Assembly: GCA_024699355.1 (NCBI GenBank)
Contig: JAILPR010000229.1
Coordinates: 267-64,266, forward strand
DNA from: Lachnospiraceae bacterium
GTDB lineage: Bacteria > Bacillota > Clostridia > Lachnospirales > Lachnospiraceae
Direction of reading: 5' to 3'
DNA: 64,000 bases
Shown one piece after another: positions 30,868 to 41,136 of the stretch. Position 1 is the stretch's first letter. Every line of letters starts with the position of its first letter. The notes under the pieces were generated by a model. That model was not told the origin of the DNA. It saw only the letters and a program-made list of their open reading frames with translations, and searched no databases. Both the position numbers and the translations under genes were made by a program.

Positions 30868-31953
30868 TCAGGATTCTTTAGAGACAGCATCCCGAATGAG
30901 CTTCATGATGGTACCGATGGAATTTCCCTGCTGGGATTCTTTCATGGCATCGATGTAGGTTTGTCTCATAAAGTAGAGTTCCTGTACTTTATCAACGAGC
31001 AGATCGGCGGAGTAGTCCGGCTGATCTTCGTCGAGAACGATGCTGTATCCCTGTGCTTCAAAGGAGCGGGCATTTAAGATCTGGTCGCCGCGGCTTTTGG
31101 ATGCAGGCAATGGGATCAGGAGATTTGGCTTCTTTAATGCCAGGATTTCGCAGATCGCGTTGGCACCGGCACGGCTGATCACAACATCTGCCATGGCAAA
31201 GATATCTTTGAGCTCGGCTTTGACATACTCGAATTGCTTATAGCCCGGCGTATTTAACAGGAGATTATCCACTTTTTCGGCACCGCAGATGTGAACAACC
31301 TGAAAATCGGTCAGCAGTTTTGGCAGTGCTTCCCGCACCAGGTCATTGACGCTGCCGGCACCGAGGGAGCCACCGATGACCATCAGGACAGGCTTATTGT
31401 CCTCGAAACCGCAGAGTTTTAATCCGGCCTTGCGATCACCGCGGGCAAGCTCTTCGCGGATCGGAGATCCGGTCAGCACAGCTTTTTCCTCCGGTAAAAG
31501 TGCCATCGTTTCCGGAAAGTTGCAGCAAATCTTATCTGCGACCGGAATACAGAGCTTATTGGCAAGGCCCGGTGTCATATCGGACTCATGAATGATACAG
31601 GGAATGTGTAAGAATGCTGCTGCACGGATAACCGGGACGGAAACATACCCGCCCTTGGAAAAAATGACATCCGGTGAGAGCTCCTTTAAAATTTTATGGG
31701 CTTCGGCAAAGCCCTTTAATACACGAAACGGATCGGAAAAATTCTTCGGGTCAAAGTAACGACGAAGCTTTCCGGTAGAAATGCCGTGATAATCAACAAA
31801 CGGAAAGTCTGCGAGAAGCCGTTTCTCGATACCTTCATAGGAACCGATATAAGAAATCTCAAAGCCTTCTGCCTGAAGATGCGGAAACAGAGCGATATTT
31901 GGTGTTACATGGCCGGCAGTTCCACCGCCGGTGAGTACGATTCTTTTAGACAT
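30868..31953 (-). CDS. murG: UDP-N-acetylglucosamine--N-acetylmuramyl-(pentapeptide) pyrophosphoryl-undecaprenol GlcNAc transferase MurG
   Basis: N-terminal IVLTGGGTAGHVTPN, C-terminal VISRAGANAICEILALKKP. Start set at ATG 31953 (GGAGG upstream), overlapping the upstream gene by 8 nt. Confidence 0.9.
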   Translation of the reverse strand: MSKRIVLTGGGTAGHVTPNIALFPHLQAEGFEISYIGSYEGIEKRLLADFPFVDYHGISTGKLRRYFDPKNFSDPFRVLKGFAEAHKILKELSPDVIFSKGGYVSVPVIRAAAFLHIPCIIHESDMTPGLANKLCIPVADKICCNFPETMALLPEEKAVLTGSPIREELARGDRKAGLKLCGFEDNKPVLMVIGGSLGAGSVNDLVREALPKLLTDFQVVHICGAEKVDNLLLNTPGYKQFEYVKAELKDIFAMADVVISRAGANAICEILALKKPNLLIPLPASKSRGDQILNARSFEAQGYSIVLDEDQPDYSADLLVDKVQELYFMRQTYIDAMKESQQGNSIGTIMKLIRDAVSKES

Positions 31954-32191
31954 TGGTAACCGCCTCCTGTAAAGCACGTGCTAATTGATCCGGACAGGAG
32001 GTGGATTTAAAGCCGCATTTGATTCCGCGCAGTCTGGAAATGGCATCCGAAACATCCATACCGTCAACCAGTGCGGCAACGCCCTGCGTATTGCCGGAGC
32101 ATCCGCCGGTAAAACGGACATTACAAACCTTATGATCCTGAATTTCAAAATCAATGCCTGAAGAACAGACACCTTTCGGCGAATAATGCAT
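31946..32191 (-). CDS. Stand-alone TSCPD-domain protein (TIGR03905-like)
   Basis: 81 aa with Cys-rich motifs GGCSGN and KSTSCPDQL (the TSCPD signature). Confidence 0.75.
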   Translation of the reverse strand: MHYSPKGVCSSGIDFEIQDHKVCNVRFTGGCSGNTQGVAALVDGMDVSDAISRLRGIKCGFKSTSCPDQLARALQEAVTNV

Positions 32192-32336
32192 AAAAACCTC
32201 CGCAAATCTGAATTCGAAGCAATTATAGCAGACTTCTAAGTCTCTTGCCAGCCCTCGAGTATTGAAAACAGCGGTCTACTCTGCTAAACTAATGTCGTTA
32301 AAAAAGTAACTTTCTCAAAGAAACGGAGAAGAAATT

Positions 32337-33683
32337 ATGGCAAAAGTATCATTTGATTATGGCAAGGCTTCCTGCTTTGTCGCAGATCACGAACTTGAAA
32401 ATATCAAAAAGAGCGTACTTGCGGCAAAAGAGGAGCTGGTTAGCAAGACAGGTGCAGGAAATGATTTCCTTGGCTGGATTGACCTGCCGGTAAATTACGA
32501 TAAAGAGGAATTTGACAGAATTAAAAAAGCGGCAGCAAAGATTCAGGCTGATTCCGAAGTACTTCTCGTGATCGGTATTGGCGGATCCTATTTGGGAGCG
32601 CGTGCGGCGATCGAATTTCTTCGTCACAGTTTTTACAATGTTGTAGATAAGTCTGTCCGTAAGACACCGGAGATCTATTTCTGCGGCAATTCGATCAGCT
32701 CTACCTACTTAAAGGATCTGATGGATGTTGTCGGAGACAGAGATTTCTCCATCAATATCATCTCCAAATCCGGTACGACCACGGAGCCGGCGATCGCCTT
32801 CAGAATCTTCAAAGAGCTGGCAGAACAGAAATACGGAAAAGAAGGTGCGGCAAAGAGAATTTATGCGACCACCGATAAGGCAAGAGGCGCATTAAAGAAT
32901 CTCGCAACGGAAGAAGGATATGAAACCTTTGTTGTTCCGGATGATGTCGGCGGACGTTATTCCGTACTGACCGCGGTAGGTCTGTTGCCGATCGCAGTAT
33001 CCGGCGCGGATATCGATGAACTGATGAAGGGTGCCGCAAGCGGAAGAGAAGCAGCACTGAATACGGAATTTGAAAAGAACGATGCGCTTTTGTATGCAGC
33101 AGTACGGAATATCCTGCTTCGTAAGGGCAAATCTGTGGAAATCCTGGCAAATTACGAGCCGAGCTTCCACTATATCGCAGAGTGGTGGAAACAGCTGTAC
33201 GGAGAGTCCGAAGGCAAGGACCAGAAGGGCATTTTCCCGGCAAGCGTTGATCTGACAACCGATCTGCATTCCATGGGTCAGTTCATTCAGGATGGCGCAA
33301 GGATCATGTTTGAGACCGTTGTGAACATCGAGAAGAGCCGTGAGACCTTAACCATCGGTGAAGAAAAGGTTGATCTGGACGGATTAAACTATCTGGCAGG
33401 AAAGACCGTAGACTTTGTCAATAAGTCTGCCATGAACGGTACGATCCTGGCACATACCGACGGACAGGTGCCGAACCTGATGATCACGGTTCCGGAAGTC
33501 AGCGAATTCTACTTAGGAGAACTCTTCTACATGTTTGAGTTTGCCTGCGGTGTATCCGGATATATGCTTGGCGTTAATCCGTTCAACCAGCCGGGCGTGG
33601 AAAGCTATAAGAAAAACATGTTCGCACTGCTTGGAAAGCCGGGTTATGAGGCACAGGCTGCAGAATTAAAGAAAAGACTGTAA
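32337..33683 (+). CDS. pgi: Glucose-6-phosphate isomerase
   Basis: 448 aa; Firmicute-type PGI motifs [27 protein letters not shown]. Confidence 0.95.
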   Translation: MAKVSFDYGKASCFVADHELENIKKSVLAAKEELVSKTGAGNDFLGWIDLPVNYDKEEFDRIKKAAAKIQADSEVLLVIGIGGSYLGARAAIEFLRHSFYNVVDKSVRKTPEIYFCGNSISSTYLKDLMDVVGDRDFSINIISKSGTTTEPAIAFRIFKELAEQKYGKEGAAKRIYATTDKARGALKNLATEEGYETFVVPDDVGGRYSVLTAVGLLPIAVSGADIDELMKGAASGREAALNTEFEKNDALLYAAVRNILLRKGKSVEILANYEPSFHYIAEWWKQLYGESEGKDQKGIFPASVDLTTDLHSMGQFIQDGARIMFETVVNIEKSRETLTIGEEKVDLDGLNYLAGKTVDFVNKSAMNGTILAHTDGQVPNLMITVPEVSEFYLGELFYMFEFACGVSGYMLGVNPFNQPGVESYKKNMFALLGKPGYEAQAAELKKRL

Positions 33684-33690
33684 GTTGAGA

Positions 33691-33724
33691 GGGGCGCATT
33701 CGAGAAATCGAGTGCGCTCTTTTT
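33691..33724 (+). terminator. Rho-independent terminator after pgi
   Basis: GGGGCGCATTCGA-gaaa-TCGAGTGCGCTC stem (two wobble pairs) followed by TTTTT. Confidence 0.8.
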
Positions 33725-33879
33725 ATGAGTAGAGATAGAAAGATGATAATTACGCAGAATTTAAATGATTCCTTAATAATTAATTAAGAATGACAAACTG
33801 ACAGGTGTGTTATAATTGAAAGATAACAATTCCGAACGATACCAACAGAAAGGGCCGGAGAATCCGGTGAGATCAGAAG

Positions 33880-34848
33880 ATGAATCAAAAGATCGTAGTA
33901 CTTGAGAGAGACAGTGTGGGGAGAGATGTTGAGATCGATCGATATCGGGACTTCGGAGAAGTCGTTGTTTATGATAATACCGTAACGGAAGAGGAAGTCG
34001 CAGAACGTGTCAAAGATGCCACGATCATCATCGGCAATAAGTCTCCGATGAACGAGCGCTCTTTGAAAGAGGCAACGAAAGTGCAGATGATCACCGGATT
34101 TGCCACCGGATATGACAACATTGATATTTCTTATCTAAACAGCAGAAATATCGTCTTCAGCAACGTGCAGGACTATGCAACGGCAGCGGTCGCGCAGCAC
34201 ACGTTCGCTCTGGCGCTGTATGTCATGGAACATCTGCATCATTATGACCATTATGTCAAAGACGGCGCATATGAAGCGCAAAGCAGATTTTCCAATTTTG
34301 ATGTCGCGTTCCATGACCTGGAAGGAAAGACCTGGGGCATCGCCGGCATGGGCCATATCGGCCGGAAGGTAGCGCAGATTGCGACAGCGTTCGGTTGCAA
34401 CGTGATCACCTATTCCACCTCCGGAAAGGCGGCGAAGGGAGACTATCCGCAGGTGGATTTTGAAACATTGTGCAGGCAGTCGGATGTGATCTCACTCCAC
34501 TGTCCGCTGACGGATCGGACGAGACACCTGATCAATGAAAAAGCCTTTGATCTGATGAAAGAGAGCGCCGTACTGGTCAATGTCGCACGCGGTCCGGTGG
34601 TAGATTCCAAGGCACTTTATGACGCACTGGTACAGGGAAAGATCCTGGGTGCGGGGTTGGATGTGTTGGAAAAAGAACCCATCCGGCCGGAGGATCCGTT
34701 ACATCAGTTTAAAGACAGCAGCCGCCTGGTCATCACACCGCATCTTGCCTGGGCAAGCATTGAGGCCAGAGAGCGCTGTGCGCAGCAGGTGTATGAAAAT
34801 ATCGATGGGTTCCTGAAAGGAACACCGGTCAGACAGATCGTAGGATAA
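33880..34848 (+). CDS. D-isomer-specific 2-hydroxyacid dehydrogenase family protein (glycerate/hydroxypyruvate reductase-like)
   Basis: NAD-binding GIAGMGHIGRKVA; catalytic-region motifs VNVARGPVVD and ITPHLAWAS. Confidence 0.88.
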   Translation: MNQKIVVLERDSVGRDVEIDRYRDFGEVVVYDNTVTEEEVAERVKDATIIIGNKSPMNERSLKEATKVQMITGFATGYDNIDISYLNSRNIVFSNVQDYATAAVAQHTFALALYVMEHLHHYDHYVKDGAYEAQSRFSNFDVAFHDLEGKTWGIAGMGHIGRKVAQIATAFGCNVITYSTSGKAAKGDYPQVDFETLCRQSDVISLHCPLTDRTRHLINEKAFDLMKESAVLVNVARGPVVDSKALYDALVQGKILGAGLDVLEKEPIRPEDPLHQFKDSSRLVITPHLAWASIEARERCAQQVYENIDGFLKGTPVRQIVG

Positions 34849-34853
34849 CAAGG

Positions 34854-37800
34854 ATGCGTGAGCAGGATATTTCGCAGATGACAACTGAACGAATTTTTTC
34901 CAGAGGGAAAATGCTCTACGATCTCGGAAATGTGCAGGATATGCAGATCATGGATGAGACGGAAGAAGAGAGTGGCTTTCAGGCCCGTGTTATTGGCAAC
35001 AGCGGGCGCATTATGCAGGTAAGGGCCACATTTGCAAAGAGCGATGAACGCTTGTTGTCCGCAAGCTGCAGCTGTGGTGTTTTTCAGGAAAATCACGAAA
35101 TCTGCAAGCACATCGTGGCAGCGATGCTCCGTTATGCACATGTGCAGCAGATGATCGCAAAGCGAAAAGCCAATCCTGTAGAGAAGATCTCTGTGGATAT
35201 CCCCAAAGGGATCGATCCGAAGGTACTGAATCAGCAAAAAGAGCAACAGCGGCTTGAAAAAGAGCGGCAGCTGGCCAAAGAGAATCCGCCATCGAGACGG
35301 GAGTGGACCAGTGTCAGTGACGGTTCGGTGGTTGAGACCAGAGAAGAGGTCAGAACCGTGCAAAAACGCCTGATGGAAGAGAGCATTTTTGCCCGTCCAC
35401 AGCCGGAAAAGCGCAAAAACCCGCATCCGACCGATCCGACGCTCTATCAGATCCTGCTGCAGAACGGCAAGAAAAAGCAGCGCTATTACCTGGAAAAGGG
35501 AATTCGCGGAAAGGTCAGACTATATCCGACAATCACGACCTATTCTCCGGAAGAGCTGAGTGTGACGTTTAAGATCGGACAGGACAAACCCTACGTCTTA
35601 TCAAACCTGACAGAGTTTTGCACCAACGTGGAAGGTGCGGTATATAAACGCTATGGCAAGAACCTGGCGTTTACACACCAGCTCTCGGCATTTGAAGAAC
35701 AAAGCCGCAAGATGGTGCAGTTTTTGCTGCAGTGCAAAGCGGAAAAAGACGATGCAGAGCGCGGCAATCTCTTTCAGGGGTATTACCGGAACGCCAAAGA
35801 GCTCGGAAAAGAGATCACGCTGCGCGGAAAGCAGCTGGATGAATTTATGGAGCTTTGTCTCGAGCGCGGGATCGAGGTGCTCGGCTTGTCCGAGGATGTG
35901 CCGGTGCATTATATCATCGAGCAAAAGCGGCCTCTCTGTAAGCTGTATCTGGTCGGGAAGCAGCATGGCGCTATTTTGCGTACGCTCAATTATCCGCTGT
36001 ATGTGGGACTGAAATATTACTATCTGTTTCGAGCTGGTTCGATCTACCGTTTCCCGATCGAGGAGTCGATGCCGCTTCGAAAACTCCATCAATATCTGAA
36101 TGCGCAGGGAGCTGCGGGCGTGTTTGTTTCCAAAGAAGAGCTGCCGCTGCTTTGCCGCGATATGCTGCCGAGCCTGCGGGAATTATATGTGGTGGAAGAA
36201 GACAATTTCCGTGCAGAAGACTATCTGCCGCCGGAAGTATCATTTGAACTCTACATCGATCTGGAGGACCAGAATGTCCTAACCTGTCGGGCGATGGCGG
36301 TATACGGCGAAGAAAAGTGTAACCTCTATGAGGGAGACAGCCTGATGAAAAACCGCGATCCGGAGGAAGAGACAGAGGCCAAAACATTTTTGGCGCAGTT
36401 CTTTCCGGGGGTCGATGAGCATCGGAAACTTGCGCTGTCTGCCTATGATGATGAGGAACTTTACGAATTTCTCACCACCGGAATGGACGAACTTTCTCAG
36501 CTCGGAGAGATCTATATATCCGATGCCCTAAAACGGGTGCAGGTGCTCAGTACGCCGCGGTTTCAGGCCGGTGTCAGCATCAGCGGGAATCTGTTGGAAC
36601 TGCAGCTTGGTTCGGAAGATCTGACACAGGATGAGATCAAAGAAATCCTGCAGCGCTACCAGCGGAAAAAGAAATTTTACCGCTTAAAGAGCGGCGCCTT
36701 CCTTCGGATGGAGGAAGAGCAGACCGGAAAGCTGATCGGGATGCTCGATGACATTGGCGTTCGCGCGCAGGATCTGAAGCAGGGCGGGATCTTACTTCCG
36801 CGCTATCGTGCCTTGTATCTGGATGGAATGCGTAAAGAAGAAGGCATTTCAGACTTTACCAGAGATGCCGGATTTCGTGCGCTGATCCGCAATATGAAAT
36901 CCGTGGAAGAGAGTGAGTATGAGATTCCGCAGAGTTTGAAAAAGACCTTGCGGGATTATCAGAAAACCGGATTCAGGTGGCTCGAGATGTTGCATCACAA
37001 CGGTTTTGGCGGGATTCTGGCAGATGATATGGGACTAGGCAAAACCTTGCAGGTCATCACATTTTTGCAGGCAGAATTTGAAAAAGAAACCGCCAATCAC
37101 CGAAGCCTGATCGTTTGTCCGGCATCGCTCATCTATAACTGGGAGCAGGAGATCGCACATTTTGCACCGAATCTGAAAACGCGCCTGATCGTGGGGAGCG
37201 TGGCAGAGCGGAGCGGGCGCATCAAAGAAGCTGCGGAAGATGAGATCCTGATCACATCTTACGATCTGTTAAAGCGGGATATTCAGCTTTATGAAGAGCT
37301 GGATTTTTTCTGCGAGGTTATTGATGAAGCGCAGTTTATCAAAAACCAGGCGACGCAGGCAGCCAAGGCGGTCAAAGGGATCCGTGCCGGCACGCGCTTT
37401 GCGCTGACCGGAACACCGATCGAAAACCGATTAAGTGAGCTGTGGAGCATTTTTGATTATCTGATGCCCGGCTTTTTGTTCCGCTATCAGGTATTTCGCG
37501 ACGAACTTGAAGTGCCGATCGTGGAGATGGAGGATGAACAGGCGCTTGCAAGACTGCACCGCCTGATCTCGCCGTTTGTACTTCGCAGGCTCAAAAAAGA
37601 TGTCTTAAAAGATCTGCCGGAGAAGATGGAAGAGATCGTCTACGCCAATTTGGAGGGCGAACAGCGACGGCTTTATCAGGCAAGGGCGGCAGCGATGCTC
37701 ACATCGTTAAAATCGCAAAGTGAAGAAGATGTCAGAGAGCAGAAGATCCAGATCCTTTCGGAACTGACGCACTTACGGGAAATCTGCTGTACACCGAGTC

Positions 37801-38336
37801 TGGTCTATGAGGAATTTCGCGAAGAGGCTGCCAAAGTGGCAGTTTGTATGCAACTGCTTCGCGGGGCCATCGATGGCGGACACAAAGTGCTGATCTTCAG
37901 CCAGTTTGCGTCGATGCTGGATATTTTGATCAAAGAAGCAAGTGCCGAGCAGATCGGGTATTTCCTGCTGACGGGAGATACGCCGAAAGAAAAACGGATG
38001 GAGATGGTGCAGGCTTTCCAGCAGGGAGAAAAGGATGTCTTTTTCATCTCGCTGAAGGCAGGCGGTACGGGACTGAATCTGACCGCAGCGGATATCGTGA
38101 TCCACTTTGATCCATGGTGGAATATCGCGGCGCAGAATCAGGCGACGGATCGAACGCACCGGATCGGTCAGCGACATGTCGTGACCGTATATCAGCTGAT
38201 CGCAAAAGATACGATCGAAGAAAAAATTGTGGAGATGCAACGTAAAAAACAGGCCCTGGCGGAGGAGGTCCTCGGAGGTGAGAATCTTTCCGGTACGGCA
38301 CTGAACAAAGAAGCATTGTTGGAACTGCTTGGATAA
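34854..38336 (+). CDS. SNF2-family DEAD/H helicase with N-terminal SWIM zinc finger
   Basis: SWIM motif CSCGVFQENHEICKH (CxCx10CxH). SNF2 motif I LADDMGLGKT, motif II DEAQFIKN, C-terminal helicase motifs QATDRTHRIGQ. Confidence 0.9.
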   Translation: MREQDISQMTTERIFSRGKMLYDLGNVQDMQIMDETEEESGFQARVIGNSGRIMQVRATFAKSDERLLSASCSCGVFQENHEICKHIVAAMLRYAHVQQMIAKRKANPVEKISVDIPKGIDPKVLNQQKEQQRLEKERQLAKENPPSRREWTSVSDGSVVETREEVRTVQKRLMEESIFARPQPEKRKNPHPTDPTLYQILLQNGKKKQRYYLEKGIRGKVRLYPTITTYSPEELSVTFKIGQDKPYVLSNLTEFCTNVEGAVYKRYGKNLAFTHQLSAFEEQSRKMVQFLLQCKAEKDDAERGNLFQGYYRNAKELGKEITLRGKQLDEFMELCLERGIEVLGLSEDVPVHYIIEQKRPLCKLYLVGKQHGAILRTLNYPLYVGLKYYYLFRAGSIYRFPIEESMPLRKLHQYLNAQGAAGVFVSKEELPLLCRDMLPSLRELYVVEEDNFRAEDYLPPEVSFELYIDLEDQNVLTCRAMAVYGEEKCNLYEGDSLMKNRDPEEETEAKTFLAQFFPGVDEHRKLALSAYDDEELYEFLTTGMDELSQLGEIYISDALKRVQVLSTPRFQAGVSISGNLLELQLGSEDLTQDEIKEILQRYQRKKKFYRLKSGAFLRMEEEQTGKLIGMLDDIGVRAQDLKQGGILLPRYRALYLDGMRKEEGISDFTRDAGFRALIRNMKSVEESEYEIPQSLKKTLRDYQKTGFRWLEMLHHNGFGGILADDMGLGKTLQVITFLQAEFEKETANHRSLIVCPASLIYNWEQEIAHFAPNLKTRLIVGSVAERSGRIKEAAEDEILITSYDLLKRDIQLYEELDFFCEVIDEAQFIKNQATQAAKAVKGIRAGTRFALTGTPIENRLSELWSIFDYLMPGFLFRYQVFRDELEVPIVEMEDEQALARLHRLISPFVLRRLKKDVLKDLPEKMEEIVYANLEGEQRRLYQARAAAMLTSLKSQSEEDVREQKIQILSELTHLREICCTPSLVYEEFREEAAKVAVCMQLLRGAIDGGHKVLIFSQFASMLDILIKEASAEQIGYFLLTGDTPKEKRMEMVQAFQQGEKDVFFISLKAGGTGLNLTAADIVIHFDPWWNIAAQNQATDRTHRIGQRHVVTVYQLIAKDTIEEKIVEMQRKKQALAEEVLGGENLSGTALNKEALLELLG

Positions 38337-38353
38337 GTTATGAGGGGAAAATC

Positions 38354-40555
38354 ATGGCAAGAAAGAAAGTAGTTGATCCACTGACCCAGGATGTGGAACT
38401 GGATCTGGACGAAAAACAGATCGAAATGGCAGAGCGGGCATTGATGGCGAAATCAACGGCATCGCAGCTGCCGCCGAACGTACAGAAATTCCACCTGGTT
38501 CCGCTCGATAAGATCGGAGACTTTGAGGTGCGTCCGGGCTTTTATAATATCAACGGTGCGACCGCGATTCCCGGTGGTGTGAACTTCACGGTACAGTCGT
38601 CCAGAGCATCGGAGATCACATTACTCCTGTTTCACCGCGGAGAAGATGTACCGTTTGCGGAACTGCCGTTTCCGGAGCACTACAAGATCGGGCATGTCTA
38701 TTCGATGATCGTCTTTAATTTAAGCATCTATGATCTGGAGTATGCCTACCGCGTCGATGGACCGTATCTTCCGGAGCGGGGACTGATCTTTGATAAGTCT
38801 AAAATTTTATTGGACCCGTATGCCAAGGCGGTTGCAGGACAGCGCAATTGGGGTGAAAAGAACCTGCCGGGTGATTTTTACCGGGCCAGAGTGGTCAAGG
38901 ATGACTTTGACTGGAAAGACTTTAAGCAGCCCTTGTTAAAACTCGATGATCTGATCATTTATGAGCTGCATGTGCGCGGTTTTACCAAGGATCCATCCTC
39001 CAAAGTTACCTTTCCGGGGACCTTTGAGGGACTGCGGGAAAAGATCCCGTATCTGCTGGATCTGGGCGTCAATGCCGTGGAACTTATGCCGATCTTTGAA
39101 TTTGATGAGATGCTTGATGCAAGAGACTATAACGGGCATACGCTTTATAACTACTGGGGCTATAACACGGTCAGTTTTTTCTCGCCGAACTCCAGCTATA
39201 CCGCAGCCAGAGAATTCAACCGGGAGGGCAACGAATTCAAGGAACTGGTCAAAGAACTGAATGAAAACGGGATCGAAGTCATCCTGGATGTGGTCTTTAA
39301 TCACACGGCGGAAGGAAATGAACAAGGGAAGTACATTTCCTTTAAAGGGTTTGACAACAACATCTATTACCTGCTGACACCGCAAGGGTTTTACTATAAC
39401 TTCAGCGGCTGCGGCAATACCTTAAACTGCAATAATCCGATCGTACAGCAGCTGATCCTGGAGTGCCTCAGATACTGGGTCATCACCTATCGTGTCGATG
39501 GCTTCCGTTTCGATCTGGCATCAATCCTGGGGCGTAACGAAGACGGCTCGCCCATGAGTTCACCGCCGCTGTTGCAAAGTCTTGCGTATGATCCGATCCT
39601 GGGCAACATCAAATTGATCGCCGAGGCGTGGGATGCAGGCGGCCTGTATCAGGTAGGCTCGTTTCCGTCCTGGAATGATCGCTGGGCGGAATGGAACGGG
39701 AGATATCGCGACGATCTGCGCAGGTTCTTAAAAGGTGATGAGGGTCTGGCACAGGCGGTCGCATTGCGTATGATGGGCTCTCCGGATCTGTATTCGCAGA
39801 GCAACCGGCGTAATGCAACGATCAACTTTATCACGTGCCATGACGGTTTTACGCTGTACGATCTGTATGCCTATAATGAAAAACATAACGAAGCCAATGG
39901 CTGGGGCGGGAGCGACGGATCCAACGATAATTACAGCTGGAATTGCGGAGAAGAGGGCGAGAGCGAGAATCCGGAAGTTGTGCGTCTTCGCATGCGGATG
40001 ATCAAGAATGCCTGTGCGGCGCTCTTATCAAGCCGCGGCGCGGCAATGTTTCTGGCCGGTGATGAATTCTGTAATACGCAGTATGGCAACAACAACCCGT
40101 ATTGTCAGGACAACCGGATCTCGTGGCTGGATTGGAAAAACCTGAAAAAGCATGCGGATGTGTATCGCTTCTTTAAACAGATGATCCGCATCCGCCGCTC
40201 GCACCCGGCACTGCGCAAGATTCTGCCACCGGCACTGTGCGGCCTGCCATCGGTCAGTCTTCACGGCGTGAGCCCGTGGAAGTCGCAGATGGAAAGTTAC
40301 GATCATTACCTGGGCGTGATGTTTGCCGGACTGGATCCGCAGACGGATGAAGATGATATTCTGTATGTAGGCTTAAACAGCTATTGGGAAAATATCCGCA
40401 TTCAGCTGCCCGAGCCGCCGAGAGACTTCCACTGGGAGGATCTGATCACGACCTGTGACGATGCCATCTGCGGAAAAGTGTTGCATCCGGAAAGCAGTTT
40501 TATCGCGCAGGCAAGATCGGTGAGCCTCTTTATCGCGCTGCCGGATGTACTATAG
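38354..40555 (+). CDS. glgX: Glycogen debranching enzyme GlgX / isoamylase-type GH13
   Basis: GH13 conserved regions DVVFNHT, GFRFDLAS, AEAWD and FITCHDGFTL. Has a ~60-aa N-terminal extension relative to what I recall for GlgX. Confidence 0.82.
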   Translation: MARKKVVDPLTQDVELDLDEKQIEMAERALMAKSTASQLPPNVQKFHLVPLDKIGDFEVRPGFYNINGATAIPGGVNFTVQSSRASEITLLLFHRGEDVPFAELPFPEHYKIGHVYSMIVFNLSIYDLEYAYRVDGPYLPERGLIFDKSKILLDPYAKAVAGQRNWGEKNLPGDFYRARVVKDDFDWKDFKQPLLKLDDLIIYELHVRGFTKDPSSKVTFPGTFEGLREKIPYLLDLGVNAVELMPIFEFDEMLDARDYNGHTLYNYWGYNTVSFFSPNSSYTAAREFNREGNEFKELVKELNENGIEVILDVVFNHTAEGNEQGKYISFKGFDNNIYYLLTPQGFYYNFSGCGNTLNCNNPIVQQLILECLRYWVITYRVDGFRFDLASILGRNEDGSPMSSPPLLQSLAYDPILGNIKLIAEAWDAGGLYQVGSFPSWNDRWAEWNGRYRDDLRRFLKGDEGLAQAVALRMMGSPDLYSQSNRRNATINFITCHDGFTLYDLYAYNEKHNEANGWGGSDGSNDNYSWNCGEEGESENPEVVRLRMRMIKNACAALLSSRGAAMFLAGDEFCNTQYGNNNPYCQDNRISWLDWKNLKKHADVYRFFKQMIRIRRSHPALRKILPPALCGLPSVSLHGVSPWKSQMESYDHYLGVMFAGLDPQTDEDDILYVGLNSYWENIRIQLPEPPRDFHWEDLITTCDDAICGKVLHPESSFIAQARSVSLFIALPDVL

Positions 40556-40637
40556 GAACGGCAGGAAGAGAGAGATGCCACCGCCGGGTGCGGATCGCAG
40601 ATAAGTATGATAGGATAAGGAAAAGATTGGAGGATAT

Positions 40638-41117
40638 ATGAAAAAAATCGCAAGTTTTACCATTAATCATCTGGTGCTGGAGCCGGGAATCTATGTATCC
40701 CGCAAAGATCATCTGGAAAACAGCACGATCACAACATTTGATCTGCGTATGACGGCGCCGAATAAGGAGCCGGTCATGAACACCGCGGAAGTACATACCA
40801 TGGAGCATTTGGGCGCAACGTTTCTGAGAAATGATCCGGAATTTGCGGACAAAACCGTTTACTTTGGCCCGATGGGCTGCAGAACCGGATTCTACATGGT
40901 GCTGGCAGGAGACTATGAGTCTAAGGACGTCGTTGATCTGGTGACCAGAATGTACGAGTTTATGAGAGACTTTGAAGGCGAGGTGCCGGGGGCATCCGCG
41001 AGGGACTGCGGCAACTACCTGGATATGAATCTGAACATGGCTAAATATCTGGCAAAGCGGTATTTGGACAACACACTCTACGGGATCGATCAGAAGCATC
41101 TGATCTATCCGGAATAA
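40638..41117 (+). CDS. luxS: S-ribosylhomocysteine lyase LuxS
   Basis: Metal-binding HTMEHL (HxxEH) and GPMGCRTGFY motifs; 159 aa. Confidence 0.93.
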   Translation: MKKIASFTINHLVLEPGIYVSRKDHLENSTITTFDLRMTAPNKEPVMNTAEVHTMEHLGATFLRNDPEFADKTVYFGPMGCRTGFYMVLAGDYESKDVVDLVTRMYEFMRDFEGEVPGASARDCGNYLDMNLNMAKYLAKRYLDNTLYGIDQKHLIYPE

Positions 41118-41136
41118 GCAGAAAAGGAAGATGGAT

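Noticed and set aside
34704-35426. Long antisense ORFs opposite well-supported genes: 34704-35426 (240 aa), 40530-41435 (301 aa), 45414-46163 (249 aa), 47159-48151 (330 aa), 62878-63429 (183 aa)
   Set aside because: Each lies entirely opposite CDS with strong family motifs, in the GC-richer part of the window where stop codons are rare in off-frames. None has an RBS or recognisable domain, and some span gene junctions.
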